DNA of 64,000 nt, taken from Nitrospirales bacterium. Its GTDB lineage: Bacteria; Nitrospirota; Nitrospiria; Nitrospirales; UBA8639. The notes below the pieces were generated by a model that was given only the letters and a program-made list of their open reading frames with translations, was not told where the DNA came from and ran no database searches. The stretch spans positions 1,600,001-1,664,000 of the forward strand of contig CBDBCZ010000018.1 of the NCBI GenBank assembly GCA_965203295.1. The letters run 5' to 3'. Numbering within the stretch: the first letter of the stretch is position 1; every line of letters starts with the position of its first letter. Position numbers and translations under genes: made by a program. This document shows, in pieces, positions 1 through 13,083 of this stretch.

Positions 1-813
1 AACGCGTCTACGTAAGTTCATCATACAACACAGAAAAATTTCTCTCCCTTCTCTTCGTATGCGATGTTGTGTGTATGGGCATGTACGTGTGTCTAACTTA
101 CTGTGTAAAACACATGTACATGATTGTCCATATATATACACTAACACAGAATGTATTAAAAAGGTGATTAATTCCTTCAAAAACTGTAAATATGTACAGT
201 TGCTGTCAGATTGTAAACTATTTGTAGGTATATATCATTTAAATGTCAAGTGTATTATTTATAGCTATTTTCTTCACAGGTTCCCAGAATAGTAAAAGCT
301 CATACAGTAACCCCTGGGAAGATGCTGTCCCTGTTCAAGGACAATGTTTGTCAGGTACATTAACTTGTAGGCCTTGTCTGCTATTGGATATGACCTTAAC
401 TGGGAATCTTGGTACATGTTTTGCAGTTTCTTGTGGAGGTACTACATCAGAAGAAGGGTTTCATTTTGATGGCAGACAAAAAAGAACCATTTTATCAGGT
501 GCTTGTGTAGAATCCTCATGTTGTGAAATGCAGAGTTTCCTTGCAAGGTCTTGCAGAATTTTGTAAGTTATCTAGCAGACTTCTTGCCTAAGCAGGACTC
601 ACAAGGATTTTGGCCTCTTGCATGATCTTGCATTTTATTTTTTGCAAGCCCTTGCAAAACTTCTCATCATGCAACAAAAATCTTGCAAGGTGTTAGAATC
701 TTGTGTTAAAATTTGCGTGACTCATAGAAAAATCCTGCAAGATCTGGTGCAAGAACCTTGCAAGACATTCATCAGCTTCCTTATATATTGACTCCAGTTG
801 CCCTGGATAACAA
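1..813. repeat. Left arm of ~810-bp inverted duplication (partner 10016-10842)
   Basis: 1-813 is the reverse complement of ~10016-10842; ORFs 243..566(+) and 10344..10619(-) are near-identical. The arm may extend left of the window. Confidence 0.95.
520..806. mobile_element. Cluster of palindromic CTTGCAAG-type motifs; possible EnSpm/CACTA-like subterminal region
   Basis: Many ttgcaag/cttgca motifs in both orientations, ending at gttgccctgg. Resembles CACTA subterminal repeats (inference); no partner end or TSD found. Confidence 0.4.
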
Positions 814-904
814 TAGATAATTATGTATATAATACGTATTTCTGTCTTATATGATTTCTGTATTATATATAAGCTTGCTATTGTTTGGTGCATTCTATGT
901 GACC

Positions 905-1110
905 ATTATCCAGTGTTGTGAGCATTTTCTGATAGTTGTGAGCATTTTCTGGAGTTGTGAGCATTTTCTGATATAGTTGTGAGCAATATCCAGTGTTGTG
1001 AGTACTTTTAGGGGTTATGAGCAATATCCAGTGTTGTGAGTACTTTTAGGGGTTATGAGCAATATCCAGTGTTGTGAGTAATTTCTGGAGTTGTGAGCAT
1101 TTTGTGGAGC
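905..1110. repeat. Minisatellite, ~19-21-bp unit (gttgtgagcattttctgga / gtgttgtgagtacttttaggg)
   Basis: About ten tandem imperfect copies visible directly. Confidence 0.9.
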
Positions 1111-1810
1111 TGCGACCTTTGTCGTAATGGGCAGCAGAAAGATCTCAACATTGCATCCAGATTTGAAGGTGTTGCAGATGTGTGTATATGTTTATGTGGG
1201 TGTACATACATGTACGTGTATAGCCATTTGATTACCAGTTATATAAATAAAACCAGGGTGTATTAATAACAGCTAGAGCTCTGTATTGTGCATGATGTGA
1301 ATACAGAAAAGGGAAAAGTTAATTTGTAACATGTTTTTGACATCCACTTTGCACTTTCAGTCTGAGGGAGACTTTGACTCAGAGATGACCACTCTGCTTC
1401 TATCAAATATGAAGAATATCCTCAATCTCCTACTACTCCACTTGAGCACTCACAGGGAGAGAGTACTGGCTGGGATAAAGATGCTTGCAGAGATGAACCA
1501 GTTGGCTGGAGAGGAGAAACCACTGCAAATGGACAGTGAGAAGCAGATGGTGAGTTGGCATTGTCTTTACTGTGCCACCAGTGGAAGTGGCGTAGGTCAG
1601 AGTCTGAAGAAACATCTTTGTAGCAAATATTATTTGTGAGAGCTGCACGAAACTGTTCACAACGTTTCATAAAACCACTCTCATTGCAAATATTCACTTG
1701 TGAACTTTCATGAAACTTCACAAAGGATACATGTAGCTATATCCATGTACGTGAAGCTTCAGTCCAAAGCAGTTGGCATAATAGAGTTAATAACACCAGG
1801 TACATGTATA

Positions 1811-2852
1811 CTCAGACGCGCTAGCACTGAATCCATAAATTCCCGGAAGTGAGCAGAGGCTTCGATTGCTAGTACAGACCGTTCACATTTTGATTGACAG
1901 TTTGGTGTTCCGCCTTGCTTGGTTCTGGAGCTATAAACTTCCAAGGTTTAAATTCTGACAAAGCTATGATCAGACAAATGTATGTATTGTTGGACTCCAT
2001 TCCATGTTTCCTCCCTAAAGTAACTTCGCGTGACCTTCCTTCCTTATTTGGAAGCCCCACTACCATACTGCTGCATGCCAACTTTTCGCCATGGTATCTG
2101 CTTTGAGCAGGGAGGGGTGCTGCTGAATGTAGAGCCGTATCACCCTCTCTGTAGTCGGACAGTGAATTTCGTCTTTATTTGGTGTAGAGACCCAAAAACA
2201 CTCTCTATAACACTAAGGAATTGCATATTGTTGTTAAGTACAGGTGCTTAGCATCACAACAGTGCAAGCCCGATGTTTATACATTGCATGGTTCTCGAGA
2301 TAGAGAGAGATAGAGTCATTTATTTTAAAACTTACGATGCTGAATTAAGGCTTTTAGTGGATGAAATCAGATAAAACAGTTCTATCTCAGGAAGGACACA
2401 ACGTATAAACAACAGACTTGAACTTTTGTGTTGCTAAGTGTCTGTACATTCCCATCCTAACATTAGAGAGTGTTGTGGGGTCTCTACACCGAAAAAGAAA
2501 CAAATTCACTGTCCGATAGTGGAGAGAGTGACACGTACATCTCTACATTCAGCAGCACCCCACAGTGCTCAAAGCAGCTACGATGGCGAAAGGTTGGCAT
2601 GCAGCAGCATAGTAGTGGGGCTTCCCAATATATAAAGAAAGGTCACAGGAAGTTACTTCAGGGAGGAAACATGGAACGAAGTCCAATAATACATACATTT
2701 GTCTGATCATAGCTTTGTCAGAATTCAAACTTTGGAAGGCAAACAACGAAGGAACACAAAAATTTCAACTTGAAGTGCGAAGGTTCTGTACTGTCAAGTG
2801 AGTGCTCAGCCCACTTCCGATAGTTTACATGCTCAGCGCTAGCGTGTCTGAT
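1811..2852. mobile_element. ~1-kb foldback / MITE-like element, imperfect palindrome almost to its centre (~2345)
   Basis: cagacgcgctagc (1813) pairs with gctagcgtgtctg (2838). ORFs 1894(+) and 2746(-) share LNSDKAMIRQMYVLLD. 2238-2290 also pairs with 2399-2447. Confidence 0.85.
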
Positions 2853-5800
2853 CATCAGTAACTTATTCTATGTGTACATGAACTTCAGAGATGTGTACAC
2901 ATACATATTTCTCGAAGGATGGTATACATTGCACTCAATTGCATGTGTCTACATGAGCTCCATGAAGGCTCATGAATGCTTATAGCTTTATGAGTGGATT
3001 GTATATAAAGTTCAGAATGCCAACTTCACACAAAGCTTCACAATAGGTCTCAATTATCTCACGGGGATATTGTTTTTGCAATGCACTGAGTGGCTGTCTT
3101 GTGTGGTTAGTCGCTGCTAGTTCAAGGAAGTTTCAATTTCTGGAAGCTCTTTTTCAGAAGTATTTTCAACTTCTCAATAATATTCAGACTTACAATACGA
3201 AGGATTGAGATCCCTGTATCACAACTATTCGCAAGGTTTCCTACATAAATGTACATGCTTTTCTGTACATTTCTTTCTACATCTAGTATCGTGTGCCTAG
3301 ACCACTGTATAGCAGAACTAATTCATACTGTCCTCTCTTTGTTGTTTCAAGTTGTAGTGCTTTTTACCAGCTGGGTGCATTCAAAGCGTATGATGCCTTC
3401 AAGTTTTCTGCATTTTTTTGTCTGTCTGTCTGTTTGGTGCCTGTATTTCCGCACTTAACACACATTCTATGCAACTGTGCATGTACGTAGTCTACCAGTA
3501 GTTTTGAAAGGTTTGTAGACCAAACTACAGCAAGTTTAGTCCTAGACAGCCATGCTAATCCTGTTTTAGTAGGTTACAGCTGTTAACTGCAAGTGTACAA
3601 CAAATCTCAGCCTTAGCCTGTTATATGTACATGTACATTTAGTCTGCAGTTGCATTAGTTTGCCCTGTCCTGTTTGTAAAGCTGTTTGATCCTTGGGTGT
3701 TTCACTCAACTTCTCAGCTGAAATAACACTCAAAATCAGCTGAGAAGGTAGCTTCTCAAGGGTAGGTAGCAGATCTGGCAGACTTGCTACCTACCCTTGA
3801 GATGCTAAAGTCGAGTTCAAGTGCAGTGAGTTCTCTGTATAGTTCTGTGTGGCTAAGAATTGCTCATTTCTACTACTTTTAAATGGAAACACTAGTCTCT
3901 TTTGTAGCCATCCGGTTACCACTGAACATGACTTGTGCCAATTATTAGCATGGTTTCATACATGGGGGGGTGAGGGGGGGGGAGGGGGCTGACTTCCCTT
4001 CATAGCCCTTAGGAGTTTGAAAAATTAGGCTGCATTAAAACAAGGTACAATGGCACCTGATCAATTGTACTCGCAACACCTACATAAATACCTCTAGTTT
4101 TAGCTGCGCTGACACATGTTACTGTGCTGTGGTTTGGACACAAACTTGTGGTAGTCGGCTAAGCTACCAAAACCCACCAGATTCAATCTTTGGCCAGTTG
4201 TTTGTAATAATTTGCTGTGGGGCATACCCCATAATTCCCTTATAGAAGGATGGGAACTATTCCAAAAAGGATTCCCCATGGCGCGATGACGCTGTTACTA
4301 TATATACCACACATGACTATGTAATCTTTATACGTAAAGTACAATAACGTCATGATTTTAAGAGTATGGTGTTCTTTGTTTCTCTCTAGTGTGGACCTGG
4401 AATCCTTGGGTCCCTTGTCTGGTCAGATAGTGGTTACACTCTCTCCTTTTGCTGATCACCACTCAGCAACTGTATCAAAAATCTTTGATTTTCTTATAAT
4501 TCAGAACAAGTGAGGAACTTCACCAAAAATACCACTAGATAAAATGCCATGTATGTGTTTCAGTATTTGCTGTTTTAATTTTTTCAGAGAGGTTCTTGGG
4601 TCTTTCTTTGATGAGATCTACTTCATGCCAGATGTGCTGTCTCTTGCTTGCATCAACACTGAGCTTAGGAAACACTCGCATACATCAAAAAGGTATCTTG
4701 TTCCGGGACAGAAGTGTTCATGTGAATGGGATGTCATAGGTAGAAGCAGGAAATGAGGTCACGGATTGTTATTCACACTAGTGTGTTCAATTGAGAATTT
4801 CTCAGTGCATACATACGTGTGTACATATGTGTGTGTACATATGTTTATGCATGCGTGCGGCCCACATGCTACATATTGTTTGGATCCATGATTCAATACA
4901 ACATTTCAGTTCACATATGACATATCCATGATCCAATTCAACTTTTGAAACTTTGACGAGGCTACGCAATGCTTTGCATTCACTTGGTTTGTACAGCTGT
5001 TAATTATACATCAATTCTAATTGGAGGTTTGTACGTGGAAGCTAGAAGGAACAGTGTAATGGAGCTTAGTAAGCTGCTGTTGATATATACCACTACTACT
5101 ATTTGCACTAGAACCCATAATATTGTAGGAGCATGCGCTGAATGAGTTGGCTGGACTTACGTCGTGCATTAACCTATATAGTTGCTACTATCCTTTTCCA
5201 GCCTTCACCAGCAACTACAACATGTCCTAAGAGGGGCATGCCATGGGCGTTCTGACGTGAGAATGGATGCATTGAAAGCACCACACAGACTGTTGAGATC
5301 CAATCGAGTTAGTGCAGTATTTAGTTATTTGTATTATTATCAATATATGAACTGTACATACAGTGCATGTTCATGTAAGCTTTAAAACAATTTCTGTTCA
5401 GTTCATACAGGCAGAGTTGGAGAAGTGCATGGTAGGAAGTGACACCGTTGATCCAATCATTACAGAGATTGTAACAAGAGTAAGTTGATTTCGCTTCATG
5501 AAGAAGTGAAATTATGTCTATCTGACATAGTCCATACTCAACGTTTTGTTTTTAAAATTGCTGCTTTGTCCTCAGTTCTAAAGGTCTGCGAGCCACTAGT
5601 ATTGAGCTTCGAGAAGAGTTTGGGAGGTGTCTAGGAGAACTTGGAGCTGTTGGTCCCGGAAAGTATGTGCTGGTATACCACACTTTTGTCATACAATTCT
5701 GTATGCTAAGTCAGAGTTGGCAACTACTAACTTAACTTGCAACTGTCCGAGGAGTAGCATTTGTATCCAATACTGTCCTATTCTTGAACTAACCGGAGAC

Positions 5801-6094
5801 GTAATTTCTCTGACCATATTTAGATTAGTATTATATCACATTTATGTGGGTGGGTATGTTTTCGGATTATGTACTTGCGAGCATCCTGTTAACTACCTGC
5901 CCCTTACTTGCTTTTGCTTGTGTGCTTGCTGTACTTCCCCAGGCTGGATATTCATTCCCATGGTGTCAACTTCGAAGACTGTGAAGTACTTTGAGGTATA
6001 CATCTTGCTTACTAGTGATTTCTATTAGCCTCGTACTCAGCTATTAAATTTAGGCAGAAGGGCTTGATGCGAGGTTTAGCTGAGTACAGTGGTG

Positions 6095-6920
6095 CTGTGG
6101 AGGTCTGGGTTAGTTTGTAGTGTGGGGTGTTGTGTTTTGTGAAGTATGTAATCGTTGTGGATGAGGATGTGAGGGTGGTTGTGGGATGGTGAGTGGTGGT
6201 GATGATTGTGGATGGTGGTGTGTGTTGAAGGGTGCTGTGTAAGGGGGTGTGGTACGGTTTGTGGTGGGTGTGGTTGGAAAGATGTAGGGATGGTAGGTAC
6301 GCGGTAAATGCATCGCACTGTGATATGTGCGTAGTCTGTGCATGCCTTCTGGTGCTTGTTTTGTTGTTTTTTGGGGAAGTGTAAAGGTATGTCACGTATA
6401 CTCACATTGATGAGTGAACTAATGTCCTTGCAGTTACTGTGATCTGAGGACTGTTCAACAGCATGTGTACACTGTGCTATAAATATATGTACCAAGCAAG
6501 TCAACGTCGAAGCTTTGGAGTTATTTGTTCATGTATTGATTATTATCACGTGCATATCAGTCTATTGGTATCACTGCACATCTATGATTATACCAGGCTG
6601 AGATCGTTTCTTTAATGTGGGATCCAGATGCAATGATGCTACTGCAACAATTATACTGTAACGGTCATTGTAGCTACTTGTCACTCAGACTCCCCCTACA
6701 TTGCCCTGCATTTGCTAGCACTTTGCCAAAAAGTGCACAAACTAGTCATGTAGGGATGCACTTCCACCAAAAAACGCTTCCCCAAAAACCAATGAAACAA
6801 GCAGCAATGCACACACATACACCCGCACATCACAGCGCAATGCGTAGCTACCATCCCTACCTGCTTTTTCTATAACTTGTTTTGGGGCATTTTTTGGGAG
6901 GTGGCAACAAATGTGTGTGA
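6095..6920. repeat. Fragments of dispersed GT/CA-rich repeat family (same as 59245-59930), one piece internally inverted
   Basis: 6095-6385 is similar to 59470-59755; 6718-6860 is the reverse complement of ~59660-59813; 6862-6917 is direct to ~59813-59875. Confidence 0.8.
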
Positions 6921-8398
6921 CCAGCAAGTGCTCTGGAAAGTCACACTTGAGATTCCCACTCGGTACTCTGAGAGGACAATGCTGGCGCTAAAGGAGAAAC
7001 AGCTGAACAGCTTGACCCGGAATGAGATTGTACAGGGAAGATCTGCGAAGATTTTCAATCGCTGCAAATACCCAATAAGTTCACAGGTAACCCGGGTCCC
7101 CATTTGTCACTAAGTGTTTCTGTTTCTCTCCCCCCCATGCTGTGTGACCATTCTAAATAGTACCTACGGGATTTCTGTGAACAAACTAGCTCTATAAAGA
7201 CGATATTTCTCCAAACAAGCTAGCAGTCTGTCGTAACTGGCCATGCTGAAATAACGTGAATGCAGCAGAACTTGCTCCTGCAACTACAATTTTTATTTTC
7301 ACAACCTGAACCCCCCCCCCCCCCCCCCAAAAAAAAAAAACAGAACAAAAATGAAACTATGATAGGGAGTGTACGGTTATCATTTCGAGATGCCCCAGGC
7401 CTACACCCTGGCTATGGTCGTGTGCTATGTGAGAATAAGTTAATATAATAAGTTGAGCCGTGGAACAAGGCTATACCCTTAGCATTGATGCCTAATATGT
7501 TACAAAATAAAATAAATCCACCTAAAAATTCATTTGTATATTCCTTTATACAGCTCATCAATGACTTCATCCAGATCACTGGTCTCCGTGGTGATCCCGA
7601 AGAAAAATTGGCGGCTGAGTGGATCAAGTGGGCACCAAAAGTCATAACGTATGCAAAGAGTAAAAGAAGTGCAGCTATTCAGACGCAGCTTCATTTGCTG
7701 GATGGGAATGAAGAAGCTGCTGATGGTTAGTTAGCAGTTTTATCCATACACCTGTACTCTCGACAAGAGAAATAAGGATGCCAGTGTTCACTTACTGACA
7801 GAACTTGAAGTAAGTGTAATGAAATGGATTATTTGTGTTTTTGAGCCTTGGAATGTTGTGTATTAGTTATCTGAAAGTTAAGCAATAGATATACAAGAAA
7901 ACATGTTGTGTATTTGTCAAACTACCAGTGTACATCTATTCAGAGTTTTAATAATTAGCTCTCTCTGAACTGAGTAAAGATAAGTAAATGACCCCAAATC
8001 TTTACTGTGCCCTCTCGCAATGTATATGCGTGGCTTGAGTTTCTTTGTTCGAATTACTTTCATTATGTGTTGCTATTAATTCTCCTTTAACCAGGATAAT
8101 GAAGATCTCGATACCAAGATATCAGGTGGCATTTCAACACCGTACCTGATTCAGTTTGGCAGTGGTGACATGCAGTTCTTCCTTGTCGCGGAGAAAGAAC
8201 TGTTGGCTGAGTTGCCTTCGCTGTACAAGGCCATTGTTGCCCTTATAGCAGTGTATTATGTTTTCGACATTGCCTATCCCACACCATGTATGATGAACAC
8301 ACTTTTTTTTTATGGAGCGCTTCCTGCTTGGAATAACAACTGGGACAAAGTTCAACAAAACACTACTTGGCACCATCAGTGATATTGACAAATGTTAG
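6921..8398 (+). pseudogene. SAMD3-like protein remnant (family often associated with EnSpm/CACTA elements)
   Basis: Exon-like blocks 6921-7087 (LTRNEIVQ..KIFNRCKYP), 7554-7726 (EWIKWAPKVITYAK) and 8096-8398 (PYLIQF..AIVALIAVYYVFDIAYP..LFF/MERFLLGI), with a frameshift in the poly-T at ~8302-8312. Confidence 0.6.
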
Positions 8399-8564
8399 TT
8401 TGTACCATTTATTTACCTGCCACCTGGCTTAGTCCTTTTGTATCTTTAGTTTGAAACACTTTAGTTAAAATGTAAATGCACTGTACACATTCTTTTGTAA
8501 TTGTAATGTATAGCTACTTGCTGTGCAGGTGTTGCTATAGCATTAGTTTTGGAACCACCCTAGC

Positions 8565-9027
8565 ATTCATAAATTCAAACACAATGATGTAGCATAAAAA
8601 GGCATTGAAAATCCGGTGCATGCGTCTTGTCAGAAACGCTTACAAAGAGCAGAAACACTCTCAAAATTTAAGCACAATGATTTAGCATGTAAAGGGTAAC
8701 TAACAGACAGACAGTAAATGAAGTCGAGAAACACGGCCTTAATACTAAAACTCGAGACTAACAATGAATAGAATATCTCCCCAAATTCAAACACAATGAT
8801 TAAGCATATAAAGATATTGAAAATGTAGACAGAGTGTCTATGTTGTCAAAAACGTTTACAATGACCAGAAGCATTCCCGAAATTCAAATACTACAATGAT
8901 TTAACATAATCATAAAGGTCATAAAATGCAGTGTATACATCTTGTCAGAAACGCTCACAACGAGCACAAACGTCCCGGAAATTCAAGCACAATGATTGAG
9001 CATATTGATGTTATTGTAAATGCAGTG
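8565..9027 (-). repeat. ~93-bp satellite, about 5 copies, reverse orientation to 10843-12130
   Basis: Repeated aaattcaaacacaatgat...gtcagaaacgct..gagcagaaac, the reverse complement of the 11-kb array unit. Confidence 0.85.
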
Positions 9028-9032
9028 TTACT

Positions 9033-9154
9033 TAATAGGTAAACCGCAGTAGCCAGGGATTTATGGTCCATAAACTGCCCTAGCCCGAGGGCGAAGCCCG
9101 AGGACGAGGGCTGTTTATGGCCATAAATCCCTGGCAACCGCGGTTTATCTGTTA
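9033..9154 (+). mobile_element. Long terminal hairpin (GCGAAGC loop) of a probable non-autonomous Crypton-V-like element
   Basis: Arms taataggtaaaccgcagtagccagggatttatgg / ccataaatccctggcaaccgcggtttatctgtta; centre CC-GA-GGGC-GAA-GCCC-GA-GG. Family assignment is from memory of similar elements. Confidence 0.65.
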
Positions 9155-10015
9155 TATTATTAAGCGGATTGGTTCTTTGGGTGCATGGTAACCGACGCTT
9201 AGCTAGTAGCTACAGTACTACAGTATATATCGCTCTGTGCGGTTCTCCGAGTTGTCTTGGTTTACCCGAGTGGACGGAATGCTGTAAACAAAACAGTCGC
9301 TTCGCTGAGAAACTGTCGCCGGCTACACGTGGCGGAAGTGGCGTAATAAGCACCGCCCCCACGACCCAGCTCCTCCCTCTACTTTAGCTACTCTCATCGG
9401 GAGACGCCTCCATATTGAACAAGTGGCTCTCGCGCTATGCTAGTGACTGCATGCATGTATAGAAGTGCTGTATGTTATATATTACCCTGAGGGCTGGAGT
9501 ATATAAAACATGATCTACAACTTCCTGTCAGTATATGGATAGGAGAGGAGAAACAGCTGAACAGCTTGACCCGGAATGAGATTGTACAGGGAATATCTGC
9601 GAAGATTTTTAATCGCTGCAAATACCCAATAAGTTCACAGGTAACCCGGGTCCCCATTTGTCACTAAGTGTTTCTGTTTCTCTCCCCCCCATGCTGTGTG
9701 ACCATTCTAAATAGTACCTATGGGATTTCTGTGAACAAACTAGCTCTATAAAGACAGTATTTCTCCAAACAAGCTAGCAGTCTGTCGTAGCTGGCCATGC
9801 TGAAATAACGTGAAAGCAGCAGAACTTGTATGTAATCTTTGAAACACTTTAGTTAAAATGTAAATGCACTGTACAGTACACATTCTTTTGTAATTGTAAT
9901 GTATTATAGCTACTTGCTGTACAGGTGTTGCTATAGCATTAGTTTTGCTAGCATTCATAAATTCAAACACAATGATGTAGCATAAAAAGGCATTGAAAAT
10001 CCGGTGCATGCAGAA

Positions 10016-10842
10016 ATTGTTATCCAGGGCAACTGGAGTCAATATATAAGGAAGCAGATGAATGTCTTGCAAGGTTCTTGCACCAGATCTTGCAGGATTT
10101 TTCTATGAGTCACGCAAATTTTAACACAAGATTCTAACACCTTGCAAGATTTTTGTTGCATGATGAGAAGTTTTGCAAGGGCTTGCAAGAAATAAAATGC
10201 AAGATCATACAAGAAGTGGCCAAAATCCTTGTGAGTCCTGCAAGAAGTCTGCTAGATAACTTACAAAATTCTGCAAGAAAGCTATGTTAGAACATTGCAA
10301 GACCTTGCAAGGAAACTCTGCATTTCACAACACGAGGAAGTCTTCATAGGTCTACACAAGCACCTGATAGAATGGTTCTTTTTTGTCTGCCATCAAAATG
10401 AAACCCTTCTTCTGATGTAGTACCTCCACAAGAAACTGCAAAACATGTACCAAGATTCCCAGTTAAGGTCATATCCAATAGCAGACAAGGCCTACAAGTT
10501 AATGTACCTGACAAACATTGTCCTTGAACAGGGACAGCATCTTCCCAGGGGTTAGTGTGTGAGCTTTTGCTATTCTGGGAACCTGTGAAGAAAATAGCTA
10601 TAAATAATACACTTGACATTTAAATGATATATACCTACAAATAGTTTACAATCTGACAACAACTGTACATATTTACAGTTTTTAAAGGAATTAATCACCT
10701 TTTTAATACATTCTGTGTTAGTGTATATGGACAATCCTGTACATGTGTTTTACATAGTAAGTTAGACACACAACATCGCATACGAAGAGAAGGGAGAGAA
10801 ATTTTTCTGGGTTGTATGATGAACTCAATATGTAGACGCGTT
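10016..10842. repeat. Right arm of inverted duplication, carrying inverted copies of two ATR exons
   Basis: Reverse complement of 1-813, ending tgtagacgcgtt versus aacgcgtctac at position 1. Confidence 0.95.
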
Positions 10843-12130
10843 TGAATTGGGAGCGTCTCATCTTTTCAGAGCTTCTGATAAGAGACATAACCAGCATACT
10901 TCCAATACTTGTTTCATATCCTAATATTTGAGTTTCAATTTCGGGAATGATTGTACCTCTTATAAAATTTTCTGATACGATACATGCACTGCATTTTAAA
11001 AACCATTATTATAGGCAAAATTACTGTGTTTGACTTTGGGGAAAGTTTCGCTCTTTGTCAGCGTTTTTGACAGGACAAACACACTGCATTTTATACCATT
11101 TTATCCTAAATCTTTGCATTTTAATTTCGGGAACGTTTCTGCTCATTGTGCATGTTTCTGTCGAGATATATACACTTTATTTTCAATACCCTTGTATGCT
11201 TTATCATTGCGTTTATACTTTGGGAACGTTTCTGCTCATTTCAAGCGTTTCTAACAAGACTATACACAGCATTTCACTACAATTATATCATGCTGAAGCA
11301 TTGTGTTTTAAATTTCGGGAACGTTTCTGCTCTTCGTAAGCATTTCTGACAAAACACATGCACTACATTTTCAATGCCTTACTCTATATCATTGTGTTTG
11401 AATTTTGGGAGCGTTGCTGCTCTTTGTAATCGTTTGTGACAACATATATACACTGCATTAGCAATAGCATTATATGTTCAATCATTGTGTTTGAATTTTT
11501 GGGGCGTTTCTACTTGTTATGAACGTTTCTGACAAGTTATGTACACTGCATTTTAAATACCCTTATATGGTTTGAGATTCAGTCGCGTTGCTACTTGTTT
11601 CAACGTTTCTGACATGATTATAATGTCCACCGAATCTTCAATACACTTATATTATTATAAATATGCTAAATGATTGTGGTTATATCGAGAGCATTTCTGC
11701 TCTCCGTAAGCGATTCTGACACGGTATTAACACTGCATTTTCAATGCCATTATATGCTAACTATAATAATTGTGTTTGAATTTCGGGAGCGCTCCTGCTC
11801 TATGTTAGCGTTTGTGACAACATACATAAACTGCATTTTCAATACTTTTATAGGCTAAATTAATGTGTTTGGAATTCGGGCACGTTTCTGCTCATTTTGA
11901 ACCTTTCACAAAGCTTCTACTATTTGTAAGCGTTTCTGATAGGACATATAAACTGCATTTCGAATGCATGCGTTTTTATGCTATGTCATTGTACTTACAT
12001 TTCGGGAAGGTTTCTGCTCATTTTGAGCGTTTCTGACGACTGCATTTTCAATAATTACATAGGCTAAACCATTGTATTTGAAAATTGGGAGCATTTCTGC
12101 TATTTGTAAGCGTTCATGACAAGACACATG
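10843..12130 (+). repeat. ~93-bp diverged satellite, about 14 copies
   Basis: The tttcgggaacgtttctgctc motif recurs at 11129, 11222, 11317, 11407, 11501 etc. Confidence 0.9.
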
Positions 12131-13083
12131 CATGCATGGAATTAGGTATGCATAGTACTTTCCGGAATCGTCGCGTTACGGCAATTAGGGTAGGCCCAAC
12201 AAGGTATAGGGCTAAGGCTTGTCCACATTATGTTAAAAAAAAATGTGCAATTCCCACAAAATTTGCCTATTACGCTTCCATTCTAGTCTATTATGCTAGA
12301 TAATTCGGAACATAAACAAAGCTTATAGCCAATGTGACAAAATATATCAGTCAACACAGATATAAGCAAAAGGTCAGTTGTTATAAACTGTCATCCATGC
12401 ACAATTGTCTCCAAATGCGGGCATATAGATAATAACCACTGGTTATTGTAGTCACAGAAAACTATTTATTATGCTGCCAGCCAGTAGCGAGAACAGCCAC
12501 TAGTGACAAAACGGCTACAAATAAAAGTCTTAGGCCTATCCTAATTATCAACTCCGGCTACCGCGCGCAGAAGATGGACCATATATGCTTACATGTAATT
12601 ACCTCATGTTCGCAATGCTCGGTCCGTCTACATGTAAATTGTGAGACTACTGAGACTAGAGACCGAGTATATAGACTATCCTCGTCAGTATGATGTCATT
12701 ATTGCATAATCCAGGAAACGAACCCAGTTTGATTGCTATCTGACACATGTTCTCCATGTTTTGTCAGTAAAGCTGTAACAGTCACAATATAATCTTTTGA
12801 TAAGCGGCGCTAGCCCTCTGCGGCGTCACAAAATAACCGCACTAACTCTACTAACCTAGGCGGTGTAGTAAGCCTTCCTTTGCGTGTGATACACTTGTCT
12901 AGTTCTCAGACCCTTCACCTTCTCTATTTTTCCCTCGCGATTCTGACACCTTGGTTGCCTTTGGAGGCAAAATCCTGTCGTCTCTTGAGTGATGTTCCAG
13001 AATGACTGAAAGACGCAACGAGGCCTCATCAGGAAAGCGCTTGTCCCCGACAGGAAATACGCAACAGCAGGCTGCTAAGCGCC

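Larger units (their letters stand above)
280..5662 (+). pseudogene. ATR: ATR serine/threonine kinase fragment (HEAT/UME region exons), incomplete and frameshifted
   Basis: GT-AG bounded exons 280-354 (VPRIVKAHTVTPGKMLSLFKDNVCQ), 427-498 (FLVEVLHQ..), 1361-1549 (..LLLHLSTHRERVLAGIKMLA..), 4390-4509 (VDLESLGPLSGQIVVTLSP..IFDFLIIQN), 4588-4692 (FFDEIYFMPD), 5202-5307 (..SDVRMDAL..), 5411-5479 (SDTVDPIITEIVT) and 5576-5662 (..CLGELGAVGPG). These match, in order, ATR segments I recall (ICQFLVESLH, LGPLLSHVIVAL, EIYFLPD, VDVRIHAL, SETVEPII, CLGELGAIDPG). Intervening exons appear missing, the last exon is out of phase, and no FAT/kinase exons follow. Confidence 0.8.

Noticed and set aside
905..1110. 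Short repeats as a CRISPR array
   Set aside because: Units are directly tandem with no unique spacers; eukaryotic context; no cas genes.
6012..6504. His/Thr/Pro-rich ORFs (also 59501-60143)
   Set aside because: Translations of a low-complexity CA-rich repeat.
1..10842. One 10.8-kb transposon (e.g. Maverick/Polinton) bounded by 810-bp TIRs
   Set aside because: The arms contain ATR exons and introns; no polymerase, integrase or capsid genes lie between; better explained as an inverted duplication.
10843..12130. ~93-bp periodic repeat as CRISPR or coding repeat
   Set aside because: The whole unit is repeated and diverged, with no spacer structure and no sustained ORF; it is a satellite.
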